Position numbers and translations under genes: made by a program
Part shown: positions 1 through 12,121 of the stretch, in pieces
How the letters are laid out: every line of letters begins with the position of its first letter
Numbering within the stretch: position 1 is the stretch's first letter
DNA from: Tubiluchus corallicola
Lineage: Eukaryota; Animalia; Priapulida
Length of the DNA: 64,000 nt
Direction of reading: 5' to 3'
Assembly: GCA_030141605.1 (NCBI GenBank)
Contig: JAQGDQ010000093.1
Span: forward strand, 186,001 to 250,000
The notes under the pieces: generated by a model
Told to the model about the DNA's origin: nothing
Databases searched by the model: none
Seen by the model: the letters and a program-made list of their open reading frames with translations, nothing else

Positions 1-166
1 TCGTAATCCGAAGAAGCCCAAGCGTAAACCAGACGAACAAAATTAATAATCCTGTTAAATTTATGAACTTGTAATCATTATAATTTTAATGTGTGTTTAC
101 AGATTACATTAAGTGTTTGTCGTAGCTAATACGCTAACAGTAACGCATGTGTACTTGCAAAAAAAA

Positions 167-752
167 CGTTCGTAAGTCGGCATAGTTAAAACTACGTTAT
201 GATGTTTCAAAGTAGAATACTCCAAAAATTTGGTCAAATGTTAACTTTTTGTTTTCTATAAAAACAAACACTAAATATATTGGACTTTGTGTTCAAGAAA
301 ATGTTTAAAAAATACTAAAAATCTAATTTTATAACCCTGTACTCACTTTTCTGTCTAGAAACTATTACTACAATTAAGAAAAGCTTGTATTTTCAAATTT
401 TGATAGTAGCTCATGGAAACAATGATTTTTCTTCGGCTTTTTCTGTTTGCCAAGCCCACACCTTACTGGATTTAAGCATAGCAACAATGTGTTCTTGCGA
501 AGTCCGTAGCAATCAACATTTGTGCGGTTGCTAAGTGTTTTGTAAAGACGTGACAAAAACATTGGCTAACTGTAACAGCGATTTTCTCAAGATCATGTTT
601 TTCAGTGTGTACCCTGCACCTCAACTTCAACGTGGATTATCTCAGCATTGAAATAACATAGAGTGATGAGCTTGATATTAAAATGGTCCTTGTGAAATGG
701 AGATTCGGGATATGTGAATAACTAGAAAAGCTTAATTGCCGACTTATGGGCG
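167..752 (+). mobile_element. MITE family A (about 600 bp, ends CCATAAGTCGG...CCGACTTATGG)
   Basis: Imperfect terminal inverted repeats; visibly alignable copies at 4593-5206 (+), 37686-38281 (-), 53409-53996 (-). Superfamily unassigned; ends approximate. Confidence 0.8.
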
Positions 753-1169
753 ATTATCTATACAAGCACACATATTTTCTTCGTAAAAAATTAGAATACA
801 CTGTAGCTCATGAAATGTTTTTGTTATTTAACTAGTACTAGAGTAAAATTGCTTACTGTATTTAATTAATAAGTTCTTAATAAATTCATGGTTGTCTGCT
901 GCCCTGATGAAAAGAATGCAAGGTTCCAAAACAGGTGTTAATATGTAAGCATATGTAAATGAATTTAATATTGAGCTTTGAAAAACTTTGCTTTCCTGCA
1001 TCAGCTGAAACTTAAATCTTCTAAATCATTTATAATATTCATTTTAATCGTTGATTGTTTACCATTAACTATACGTCAACTACAGTCATTACAACCTTTT
1101 AAAAACACACCTTTTAGGCAAGATTATGGAATATAGTTTTATTTATTGAGCATTTTATTTCTCAGGCCA

Positions 1170-1875
1170 ATAGACGCATTTGAATGATAAAACGTTGCAT
1201 TTCGTCACCTAGTGCAAAAATTATTGTACATCTTTATAAAGCGATCGGTAGGCCAATACTTGAATATGCGTGCGTTGTCTGGTCACCAAATTACCCTTGA
1301 AAATGCTTTAGAAAAATGGAGGTGTATTAGTCTGGCCTCTGATATTCAACCTGATTCTTTATCTTCTCTTGAACAACACTGTGATACTATAGATCTTATT
1401 AATTGTTACAAAGTCATTAGTGGTAGTTCTATTTTGCGTAGTGACAAAGTTTTTTCTAGTGCACTGCATGATTTGCATGGACACAATTCTAAATCATTTG
1501 TACAATGCTCTCGACTAATATCAGAGCTCATTTCTTCTCGTGTTGTGGGCCCTTGGAATTCGCTTAATAGTAAAACAGTTGACGCATCAAATCTGCCGCA
1601 ATTTTGCAAATTGTCGAGGAGAGACCGTCAATAACCGTGTGATGGTTAGGTCTCTTAGACTTCACAAGTAAGCATTTGTACAATATTTAATTTTATGATG
1701 ACTTTTAAATCTTATAAGCTTAACACTATTTACAATTAATATAATTTTGTGATTTTAAGAATGATTAATTTATAATTATTTTGTATGTAATTGTGAATTG
1801 TAACTTTTTAGCTATACCACACATCAAGATCTCCGAATTGATGCGCTCTACAAATAATAAATTATTATTATTATT
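1170..1875 (+). mobile_element. Degraded 3' end of a CR1/L2-group LINE
   Basis: RPILEYACVVWSP in one frame, then DLINCYKVISG and RVVGPWNSL after a frameshift, all typical CR1/L2 ORF2 C-terminal motifs; ends in an (ATT)n-like tail. Confidence 0.75.
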
Positions 1876-2677
1876 TTATAAAATCTTTTTTCTGTGTAGT
1901 ACGATTATCCAAAATTTTGATGTCTGTCTTACAAGTGGCATGCCCCCCCCCCCATATTTTTTTCGAGATTGATCTTAATTGAACTACGCACAAACCTGAA
2001 CTGCAATACGTAAGACTTTTGTAGCCCCACTGTCATATTGTTTAACAATGTTGGTACGTGTCCTTTTGTAACATAAAAATCATGCTTTACTACATAATTT
2101 ATTCTTCTTTATGTAATTGCCATTAAATCTAGTCGTTTATGTATAGAATATAGAAAGGTTGACTTTCTGGCATCTGAAGGAGAGGTTTAGAGTTGCATTT
2201 TAAACATCGCCTAACTCCGGTTTGAGTTATGCAGAGTTTACGGCATTACTTTTATAAAGTCTTTGTTCTATGTGCCATGATTATCATTACCATTTTCCAT
2301 TTTTAACAGGTCTATTTTCATTGCCACACCATCCCTATATGTGTCACGTAAATACTATGTGATGCCTAATAAATTAGTCTGCCTGTTTACTTATTGGCAG
2401 TTAACCTGACATTGTAAACTCTTTTGCAGTATAATTTTTTCGTTATATGAGACTGCAACATACTTGATTTGTGAGCCTAGACTTTCCAATGTCAAAGTGA
2501 TAATAACACTGTGCACGACTCCGTGACATTATTTTTAAAGTTTCATCGGGAAAGTTTTTCTAAGAATCTAAGGGCACATGACAGCGTGCAGTCCATTACT
2601 CCTTTTGCGGGGCTAACGATTGGAGATTGTTGCGACCAAATGGAATGCTCACTGTCCTTCTAAGATAAGACCTTTAA

Positions 2678-3135
2678 AGGGGAGAACAGGATGATTTTCA
2701 TACCCTGTCCCATTTTGAAGTACAGTTTAACATCTATAATGATGCCAAAGCATTTTTGATGATTAAATAATAGGCTAAAAATTTATTTAATTGCTGCCAT
2801 ACTAAAATTTAGGCAAATTTTAAGTTTAAAATCCAAGTTCAAGCATGCGTTCTCAAGTATGTGACCTACATCACAATGGAAAACATCAAAACTGAGAGAG
2901 GCAGCACCTGTTTTTTTTTTGCGTTACGTGTTTCCAAAATGTAGGTGCTAGTATCTGTCTAACTACCGAATGGTGACATGCATGTAACAGCGAAGAACTA
3001 GCCGTACAAATGCAAAATCTTTGGTAATACTTCTTTCATGCGAATCATTCTTGAAAAAATAGCATGTTCCCTTTCAATATCTTACAGAGTAAATTGTTTT
3101 GTGTTATAGTTTAAAAGATTGGGTTCAGTTGCCCT
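2678..3135. mobile_element. Kolobok/T2-type MITE (family E)
   Basis: TTAA|AGGGG ... CCCT|TTAA ends; homologous copy at 32368-33956 and a partial copy near 39.4-39.7 kb. Confidence 0.7.
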
Positions 3136-3254
3136 TTAACACCTGTATCGATTAAAACAGGCAGCCCACACTTCTGTTGCCAGTATGTACTTATGGTAGA
3201 GCAATTTATATTGCTTGTGTCTCTGTGATGCACGTCAAATCAACAACAGCAGTA

Positions 3255-3260
3255 TTTATT
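3255..3260 (-). terminator. Candidate Csk polyadenylation signal AATAAA
   Basis: TTTATT on +, followed on the - strand by GT-rich ctgctgttgttgatttgacgtg; implies a 3'UTR of about 2.5 kb. Not transcript-verified. Confidence 0.45.
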
Positions 3261-3727
3261 TAAAGACATTATATTAAAATCATGATTATAACGTAAATAT
3301 GACAGTTATAAATAATAATCATAGTACTTGATCACTGGTTCATGCATAATCAGACATGCGTACACAACATCAATCTTAGACAATAAACATACAAAGTTAC
3401 AGAAAACATACTAACTGAACTACACCATACATGTTTATATTCATTTTTTCATGTAGTTTTGACAACATATTGACTATAATTTCAACATTTTGCCTTGCAT
3501 TTTAGTTAACTACAGAACTGATTCAAGTGGAAAGTGGCACCATCTGTGATGCAGCCTAACAAACATTATTAATTACTCTGGTTTACCATTAAACTGAAAG
3601 ACTGTCACTTTGGGAAATGAATTTTAGATGAAAGATTTTGAAAGTGTATGTAAAATTGAATTTTAAATAAGCTGTATCTTTTAGTCACCTTAGAAAAACT
3701 TGCTTAAATTCTAAACAACTTTTAGTT

Positions 3728-4294
3728 AGTGGCGTAACTATGCACTGACAGGTTCTGAAGTTGCAGGAGGCACCAATGCATAATGACATTTATCAAACAC
3801 TTTTACAGCATCAAATCACGAAAAAACCATTTAACGGCAAGTTGTGACAGTTTAAAATACGCTTTAAAAATTGTAGTGCATCGGTAGGCCGCTGACAGCT
3901 AAAATGCAAATCCGGTGAACGCAGCAATTAACCATGTAACACCAGAGAGTTTTATCAGCTGAAACTTTTGTCTTTAATCAAGAAGAATTTTACCTAAATG
4001 TGGGCAGGTAACAAATCATCGTGGCCTGCCTATAGCTGTAGCTGATTGTCTGCTTAGTTTTGCTATGCTATGGGTTAAGTGGCGGGCTTCTTGATGCAGT
4101 ACAAGCACAGTAAATAAGATTTTAGTGTTTAAAGCACAGCAAAAAAAAATCACCGTAAACTGAAACGTGTGATGTTAAGCGAAAAAAGGTGTCACATGAT
4201 TAGCATCATTAAAGCAAAAAAATTAACTTTCAGTGACACAGGGTCCACTGGATTATTTTGCAGGTGGCGTGCCAAATGCTATAGTTACGCTATT
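3728..4294. mobile_element. Non-autonomous TIR element (AGTGGCGTAACTA...TAGTTACGCTATT)
   Basis: About 13-bp imperfect TIRs, no ORF. Confidence 0.6.
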
Positions 4295-4592
4295 GCATTC
4301 AGTTTAATTGTTCTTGATAACATCTTGTACACAATCACTAAACTGCATCAGTTACCAATTACTGAATAAGAATAATGAGCACCATTAAAATATCTGAACG
4401 CTTAAGAAAGATAAAATCCTCTTGACGTTGCTCAAGAGGTTCAATAGCATCAACCACGACTCCACCAAGATAAAACTTGTCCTCTAACAAACAGTTTTGC
4501 TATTTGGTCTGTTCAAAAGTACGGTCTCTCTAGCTTGCAGTGCTACACAATGAACATGAGAAGACAAATCATATGTGCTTGCAAATAAAAAC

Positions 4593-5206
4593 TATCCACA
4601 AGTCGGCGTAGTTAAAATTATACTTCAAAGTAGAATGCGACCAAAAATTTGGCCAAAAGTCAATTTTTTACTTTTAGAAAAAGAAATGCTAAATATATTG
4701 GACGTTTCTATTCTACCATTCATCAAGTTATCAAGAAAATGTTAAAAAACCTAAAAATCTAATTTTATAACCCCATACCCACTTCTCTGGCTAGAAACTA
4801 ATGCTGCAATTATAAAAAAAACTTGTACTTTCAAACTCTTGTAATAGCTCGTGGAAGCAGTCATTTTGCTTCGTTTTTTTTCTGTTGCCAAGCCCAGACC
4901 TTTGTCAGGAAGAGCCATCTACTGGATTTAAACATAACTTCAACCTGTTCTTGAAAAATCCTTAGCAGCCACCTGTTTATATGGTTGCTAAGTGTTTTAT
5001 AGAAACATGACAGAAAACAATGGCTAACTTTAACAGTGATTTTCACAAAATTTTCAGTGTATAGCCTGCATCTCAACTTCAAAATAGATTATCTCAGCTT
5101 AGAAATAACATAGAGCAATGGCAGTGTATCAAAATGATCCTCATGAAATGGATGTTCAAAATATGTGAATAACTAGAAAAGCTTAATTACCGACTTATGG
5201 ACAATT
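4593..5206 (+). mobile_element. MITE family A copy
   Basis: Collinear with 167-752; ends tccacaagtcggc / ccgacttatgga. Confidence 0.8.
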
Positions 5207-5722
5207 TTGTTATGCAAGCATACATGTTACAGCCAACATAAAACTTAATAATCTGATTATTCAATCAACTATACAATAATGCCATTAGCCAATTGAAGTG
5301 AATAGTGCTGCCATCTGTAGTGCAGCCTGTAATGCAGAATGAACTTCGTAAATTACTTTCCGAATCACTGCTGAGCTTATAGGCTACTAGTATATGCATA
5401 TGGTAATAATTTATACTAGTTAATGGTGAATTAATTACGTGCTCTAACTTGTTTACTTTATTAAATCATTCATCATTCCTGTAATACACTACACATGTAT
5501 CTATGACTTTACGTAACATTACTCTAACATACAATTTAAAAGTTACGTGGACAAAAGCTCTTAAAAAACAGAATCCTTCATATAACAATTCGTGCACTTT
5601 CATTGCAGCTATGTTCCCAATAATTTTGCTTGTGGTCGTTTTGCGCAGGCTACATTATCGATTTTCCCTGAAATTCAAATGCATAACTTTGGTGTAGGTG
5701 AAGTTCTCCGCATTTTTGAATA

Positions 5723-7159
5723 TCATACAGTTTGTTCATTTATGTTGTCTAGTTTAACCGAAACTTCGTGGAAAGATGGCCGCTGTTCTGGATCTAGCTT
5801 CCACGACTGTAGCATGATCTCGTACACAGGGCTAGGACATCCCTCGGGACTTTCCATTCTGTACCCACTTTCAACGTGCCTGACTACGTCTGTCAGTGGA
5901 ATTCTGGGATATGGCACACGGCCGAATGAATACAGCTCCCACAGAAGAATACCAAAACTCCACATGTCTGACTTGGAGGAGAACTGGCTTTTCCTCAATG
6001 CTTCTGGGGCAGTCCATTTAATTGGAAACTTTCCGCCCTCACTGTCACTAAATTTCTGCCGAGCAAGACCAAAATCAGATACCTTTGCCACATGTTTTTC
6101 ATCAATAAGCACATTCCGAGCAGCAAGGTCACGATGAACGATGCCTTTTGATTCTAAATAAGCCATGCCGCTGCAGGTGTTGCAGGCAAAGTTAATTTGG
6201 TCTTTCTTTGTTATCACGTTTCGGCCCCGAGTTCGCAGGTAGTCTACCAGATTTCCTAATGCCATGTACTCTGTGATTATGTAATACGATTCACCAAACA
6301 CAAAACCAATCAGCTTCACCAAATTTGGATGCTGGAATGATGTCATAATACCAGCCTCTTCAAAGAACAAATGTGACTCTTTTGACTCCTTGTTCAGCGA
6401 TTTCACGGCAACCTGCTGGTCGTTTAGCTTCCCCAAAAGCACCTCTCCAAATTCTCCCTTTCCTATTGGTTTGATTAATTGCAAATTTGATGCATCAATA
6501 GACCAACCTGCTTGAAGGAATTCTTTCGTATCCGCCTCCGTTTGCCTCGGCAATGCTTTCGTCAGCTGTGCGCAGAGACCATCAGCATCATTTTGGTAGT
6601 GTTTTATCAGTTCCAGCAAGTCGTCGAAGAATTCCTCCTCATCGATTGTGAACTTCTCGTTCTTATATATAATTCTATAATGTTCCACTTTGCTGCCACT
6701 TACTACACACAGAGTATAATCACCTGGGAAGTTTGTGCTCTCACGCACAAGAAACACGCCCGTTATGTGCGATGTCAGTAACTGTTCGGCTCGATCACGC
6801 GTTATCTTTCCGTGAAACCACACCATCTCATTCAGTGTTCTGCCTTTCATCTGAGGCGTTTTCTCCACCGCATTCTGCCCATTCTGCAGATTGTGATGGT
6901 GGTGGTGGTGGTGATGCTGATGACGATGACCCCAGTTGTTAACCGTCGTCACATAATTTGCAGGGATTAGCCCTCTTTTGCGGTGATTGTCCTCTGCCTT
7001 GTACCAGTTTGGATCAGATGTCCGATCAACTATAGTCAAAACGTCATCTTTGCTGAAGGATAAGTCGTTTATGGAATCACTATGGTAGTCAAATCTAGCT
7101 AGGACTGTTGTCCCACGTGGCCAGCCACTAGTGTTCGTGCCACCACAAGAGAGAGACAT
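5723..7159 (-). CDS. Csk: Tyrosine-protein kinase Csk (SH3-SH2-kinase), 478 aa, uninterrupted CDS
   Basis: WPxGT at the SH3 start; SH2 WFHGKITR...FLVRESTNFPGDYTLCV and YxxDADGLC; kinase IGKGEFGEV, HRDLAARN, DFGLA, GKFPIKWTAPEA, SFGRVPYPRIPL. No Gly2, short Tyr-less activation loop, no C-terminal Tyr tail: Csk rather than Src. Confidence 0.97.
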   Translation of the reverse strand: MSLSCGGTNTSGWPRGTTVLARFDYHSDSINDLSFSKDDVLTIVDRTSDPNWYKAEDNHRKRGLIPANYVTTVNNWGHRHQHHHHHHHHNLQNGQNAVEKTPQMKGRTLNEMVWFHGKITRDRAEQLLTSHITGVFLVRESTNFPGDYTLCVVSGSKVEHYRIIYKNEKFTIDEEEFFDDLLELIKHYQNDADGLCAQLTKALPRQTEADTKEFLQAGWSIDASNLQLIKPIGKGEFGEVLLGKLNDQQVAVKSLNKESKESHLFFEEAGIMTSFQHPNLVKLIGFVFGESYYIITEYMALGNLVDYLRTRGRNVITKKDQINFACNTCSGMAYLESKGIVHRDLAARNVLIDEKHVAKVSDFGLARQKFSDSEGGKFPIKWTAPEALRKSQFSSKSDMWSFGILLWELYSFGRVPYPRIPLTDVVRHVESGYRMESPEGCPSPVYEIMLQSWKLDPEQRPSFHEVSVKLDNINEQTV

Positions 7160-7244
7160 TATGTCCTCGTATGCTTTATATTTGTGTAGCTTGATGAATT
7201 TCTGCTTCTCATTATTTCATATCTTTCCTTCACATGTAAGGTAC
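7159..7244 (-). promoter_or_regulatory. 5'UTR part of the Csk coding exon with three uORFs; splice acceptor AG at 7245-7246
   Basis: - strand reads ttttcatcttttgtag|gtacc; ATG-TGA (7235-7230), ATG-AAA-TAA (7220-7212), 17-aa uORF (7212-7159). Confidence 0.6.
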
Positions 7245-7463
7245 CTACAAAAGATGAAAAATAGTACAATGGCAGTATCTAAATTACTTTTTCTTAACCT
7301 GTGCAAACAACATGCGTCTCTCTAAAACTGAGACTATTTTTTGCATTCATTACTAAAAGTGAGACATGATCAGCTCACAAACTCTACAGCACAGATTACT
7401 CAATTAACAGTACATTACAGAGTGACTATGAAAGTTACCCTCTTTTGAAATCAAACTGTACAG

Positions 7464-7751
7464 TGAGGGTGATCATCGAACGTTCGAATTCTGTGCCTCA
7501 AACACATACGTTCTTTATCATTAAACATTTGAAACATCATGCAATTAGCATAATTTAGCTGCGATTTCTGTGCACAATTTTAAACAAATTATTAGTGGTG
7601 TTACTGCAGAACAAAATCGAGTAATATGCATGATCTATGTAAGACAAATTCTTACTGGTGTTTCGAAAATCCTTCATTCTCAATTCGAATTCAAGTTGAA
7701 TCTAATCTCTTCAATTTAAATTTGCTTTCTGATAGAGAATGATCACCCCTA
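7464..7751. mobile_element. hAT-type MITE family B (TIR TAGGGGTGAGCAT)
   Basis: Imperfect TIRs; 8-bp TSD ctgtacag/ctatacag; TTCGAA-rich subterminal repeats. Confidence 0.8.
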
Positions 7752-8144
7752 CTATACAGTACTGATATGTGATCTCTATGTAACATCGAGGCACTACTTT
7801 TACCCCTTTGCACTATAGACACAAGGTTTTTCCACAACTTTAACACCTTTCTCTGCTTTAGTGCTCCAATCAGTAAAAATTACACACGTGAACTTATTTC
7901 TACAGTTAGGATCAAGCAAACAATATGCGTAATCAAGTACCCTACCCTTGTTACCCTATATAACAAAGCAAGTAACTATTTGACTAGTTGACTACATTAG
8001 TGCTGTACACTAATCATCTCAGTTTCATGTTTGAACAAGTTGAAAGAGTTGTAACTCACAATCTGCTCAAACTAACACAACACCACAAGACAGACAATAG
8101 CATGCCCTATATTTCACGGAGGGTTCTAACTTCTCTCTAGTTCA

Positions 8145-8525
8145 TAATAAGCATTTTCACTGTTCCAGCGATTGATGATCATCGTAAAAGGTCAAAGGTT
8201 AAGTGCTCAAGACAACACATTTGTGTACACTTGACAATGCGCAGCCCATGCTGTTGTGACTGTAACAATTTTAACAGCTAGCTAGAACCTTACCTAGTTC
8301 ATTTTTTCTTGTTCCCAAACAAGATCCTGCTAGTAAATCAGTCTGTGAACATGCATAATAAAGAAAAGTCCGCGTAAAACAACTGAAATTACTGAACTAA
8401 TGGTTTGCATTACACACATATCAAGTGACGATTGTATTTAAGACGCATTGCTGTGATGCACTTAACCTTTGACCTACAGCAACTGCACGTGCGCACAATG
8501 AAACTGCAAAAAGACTTATTAGAAA
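8145..8525. repeat. Dispersed repeat family C
   Basis: Inverted homolog at about 41505-41885 and partial copy at about 63640-63745 (shared tgtgtacacttgacaatgc...gcagccca). Confidence 0.7.
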
Positions 8526-9739
8526 AGAATGAGAACATGCAGCATCAGCAGTATCAACCAGCTCACAAAAAGTTATCACTGTAAATGTGATTGCCCTTTG
8601 TGCTATTTGAACAATTTTGTAATTCAGGAGCAAAAACTAACTGAACAAAATGCAATTGTATGCAACACAGCTAAAGAAAATACCGTGCATAAAACCAGCA
8701 GGCCAGCACAAAGTGGCAATTATACATTATAACATGTTAAGGACTTTGTACTTCTTGGTTCATGCGTTGATCAACCTTGTCATTAAATATCACCTTGTAC
8801 ATAATACACCTGTCGACCAGTAGCATGCACTCTTTAATGATAACGTAATTTCACACAGTATCTACTGAGATTATTATCTGAGGGTGAAATGTGATACCAA
8901 GCGATATTATTCCCTCCACTACCAGAGTAGCAATTTGCTTTCTTTGATACTGTAGCCAAACTAGAAAAACTATACAGTTATAACTCGACCAACTCCCAAC
9001 CTCTCATACAGTTCCACACAGTGCCAGCCAACCAGCCACCCGGCATTCAATGGCAGGCCTGTGTTAACTTCTAAAATGAGCCACTAATGTGTCAGAGACA
9101 TCATAGCCACACTCTGGCACGACTGCATGCTCTCTCGGTTAAATGTCTGAATCTGTGTGGAAGTGAATGAAACTGCCCAGAACAAGTAATGCATCCTGTG
9201 CTTACCCACTCATTCACTGGCCAACCTCAGCACTACTTAACTGTGATTGTCATGAGGTTACTATTCACCTCATAAATAGCACTTAAGATAGGGTTATGAG
9301 ATGCCTCGACTAAGGCCATAAATAATGCGATCTTGCCGTTGACAAAAAGATTGTTTAATTGTCATGCTAGCGTTTTGCAGAACTGTCTTAATTTAAAGAT
9401 GTAAGAACAACTTTATAGAAATCATTCCTTCAAAAGGCAGCGCCGTCCAAAAAATGAAACACAGCCATCACTTTCCAGCAAGCTGCAAGCAAGCTGTATT
9501 CTGACTTCTATATTGATTTCCAACATAACCACATTGCAATGCTGCCCTCACTTTCATATTATTACTCGCACCAGAACGGATTCACCATTGATCCACGTAA
9601 AACGTAAAACTCACTTGTTCAACTGCACTGCACTGTTGAATTTCTGTGAAAACTTTCAAATGATCACCACATTACACTCTGAAAAACATTGCAAGTTGTG
9701 CAAATAACCACTAACTCTATATTTCCAGTCTGTGACAAG

Positions 9740-10104
9740 TAGGGGTGGGCATTCTCTACCAGAAAGCGAATTCTAATCACACCGACTTTGTGTCTTTTGA
9801 ATCCGAATCGAACTGAATTTCAGTATTTCGAATCCGAAATGAATTCAAATTGAATTTGAAAGATTTTCGAACCACTAGTAAAAAGTGGTCTTACAAAGGT
9901 CATGCATATTACTCGATACTGTTCTGTAGTAAAACCACCAATTATTTGTTTAAAATTTTGCACACAAATCACAGCTAAATTGTGCTAATTGCATGCTGTT
10001 TCAAACATTTTAATGATAAAAAACGTATGTGGCTGAAATGCTGAATTATTTGAATCTATAATTTTAGGTACAAATGTAATTCAAACGTTCGATGCTCACC
10101 CTTA
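9740..10104. mobile_element. hAT-type MITE family B
   Basis: TIRs; TSD gtgacaag/gtgacaat. Confidence 0.85.
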
Positions 10105-10504
10105 GTGACAATTCACTCTGGGCTCTCCTTGAAATCACCCTCATTGTGGTCATCTAAAAACTGAAGAGAATCCTCAAGTCGGTAATAATAAAATTAGGAA
10201 TAAGTTAAGCCGATAAGACTGCCTCTAATATGCTAACATGACCTTGACTCCACAAAATTGCCTCCTTATGTTAGGTTACGATGATCCCAAAGCATTTGTT
10301 TTTCTAAGATTCATCTCGTGACCGTTACTTGTCTAAACTTGCCCGCCTGCTCACTTTTCGAATCTTCCTGCTTGGTATAATAATGTTTGTACTGGGGTGT
10401 CGAAAGACAGGAATGGGAATGGGAAGCTGCCCTGGGGCGAAAATTGAGGATAAGCTCTGGTATCCAAAATGAAAGAGGTGTATAGGAAAAGAGAATTTTA
10501 TCCT

Positions 10505-11120
10505 GTAGGGATATAGAACTAGTGACGAAAAATGGGAGAAGTGAACCTGTTTAACACAACGTAAAGAAAGAGATTAAAAAGTAACAGAGTAACAGAGTTA
10601 GTGTGATGGTTTCAAAACATTGAGATTATTCATCAAAATTCTCTTAACATAAGTTCAAACAGATGTAATCAAAGATCAGCCCAAATACTGTAGTGGTGCC
10701 ACCTATATATAAAAAATAAAACTAACTTTTAACAAAATCAACAACAAACCATACATTACCTATTTCATGACTAAAGAACTGAAGACAGAAGATAGAAGTA
10801 CTGACGAAAAATGGGACAAGTGCCAAAAAAGAGATTATAAAGTAGCTTTGGGCCATGTTATTCTGATTGCATGAGTGCTCTGTGACTTAAACACAATAAG
10901 AAAAGTTGATTTACATACAATGATGGTTAAAAAGATTCTAAAAAAATCTGAGATTAATTCAAAATTCTCTGGATATAAGTTCAAACACACGTAGTCAAAA
11001 ATCAATACAAATAATTTTCAAATAATATGTAGAAGAAGCAACCTACATAATATATATACATTTCGTAAAACATATTTATAAATTTAAAATAACATCAGCA
11101 ACAAACCATACATTACATAT
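10505..11120. repeat. Old tandem duplication (two units of about 290-320 bp)
   Basis: Both units start ...tgacgaaaaatggga.aagtg and end aacaaaccatacattac. Confidence 0.6.
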
Positions 11121-12121
11121 GCCTAAAGGCACCAAGCTATTGACTCAACCACCTCCTCATCTATGACCTAATAACTTCATCACATTTGTTGCCGCCTGTC
11201 CTAGCCACGCACTGAATACAATGGAAGTTATGTTCAACAGCATGTCTTGTGCATAAGTCACTAAAAGAGTGTTTAAACGAGCGAAAAACTAAAAGCGTGT
11301 TTTCCCCACAGTGTTGATTTTGCCAGCCCTCGGCACAGCACGAACCTTTAACAACTTCCTTTTACATCCACTTCCTTATAAGACGCTTTAGTAATGAATT
11401 CTCAACAGTGATTTCCTGACAAAATTCATGACACCATCTCCAATCAAGTTGCTGAACTGATACAGTAATGTGGCCAAAAATTGATTATTCCATTTTTCCA
11501 TCTATCATTTATTTGCTGAAGCACAAAACAGACGATTTGACGTGAATTCTTTCACTTGAGTTCAACGTGAAACTGCGAAAAATGATTTATCAACCGTGCA
11601 AATACTTTCTATGAAAAATTGCACGCTTTCAGAATAAATTATTGATGAGTCGCTTATTACGCAGTCAGGAAATTTAATGTCCCTGGATGTAGGTGCTATA
11701 TAACATAAATGACACAAGAGAATCACATGTTAATATTTTATCACACATTTTATGCAATTTCTCTAACAGCCACATCGAAATCAATAAAATACTAATGTAA
11801 ATAAGCTATACGTGCAATGCAACAGCAAATGCATTCATTATAAACACGAAGGCTGTTATCCTGAATTAAAAACGCAAAAGGCCTTTATGCTGAAACACCT
11901 TCAAAAGGGCATCCTTTGTAACAACTCTGTGTCGATTCACCAATCGAATAATGACATTTAAAAAATTTGTTTTCATCTTAACATTTCCGTTCAACAGGCA
12001 AACACGTCAGTATCGTGTTCACTATACCGAGGAAATAGAATCAACAGTGGTTATGACTGTTACCAGTAATGGCTCCAAGAACAGTAGAAAGTTCTTTTTG
12101 CCATTAAATACCACTGAGTAC

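Noticed and set aside
1-46. Possible C-terminus of a + strand protein (RNPKKPKRKPDEQN-stop)
   Set aside because: Only 14 codons at the window edge with no recognisable homology; needs upstream sequence.
5592-6942. + strand ORFs of 181, 89 and 69 aa overlapping Csk
   Set aside because: Antisense shadows of the kinase CDS with no independent motifs.
5723-7159. Src-family or Abl identity for the kinase
   Set aside because: No myristoylation Gly, activation-loop Tyr or C-terminal regulatory Tyr; Csk-specific motifs are present.
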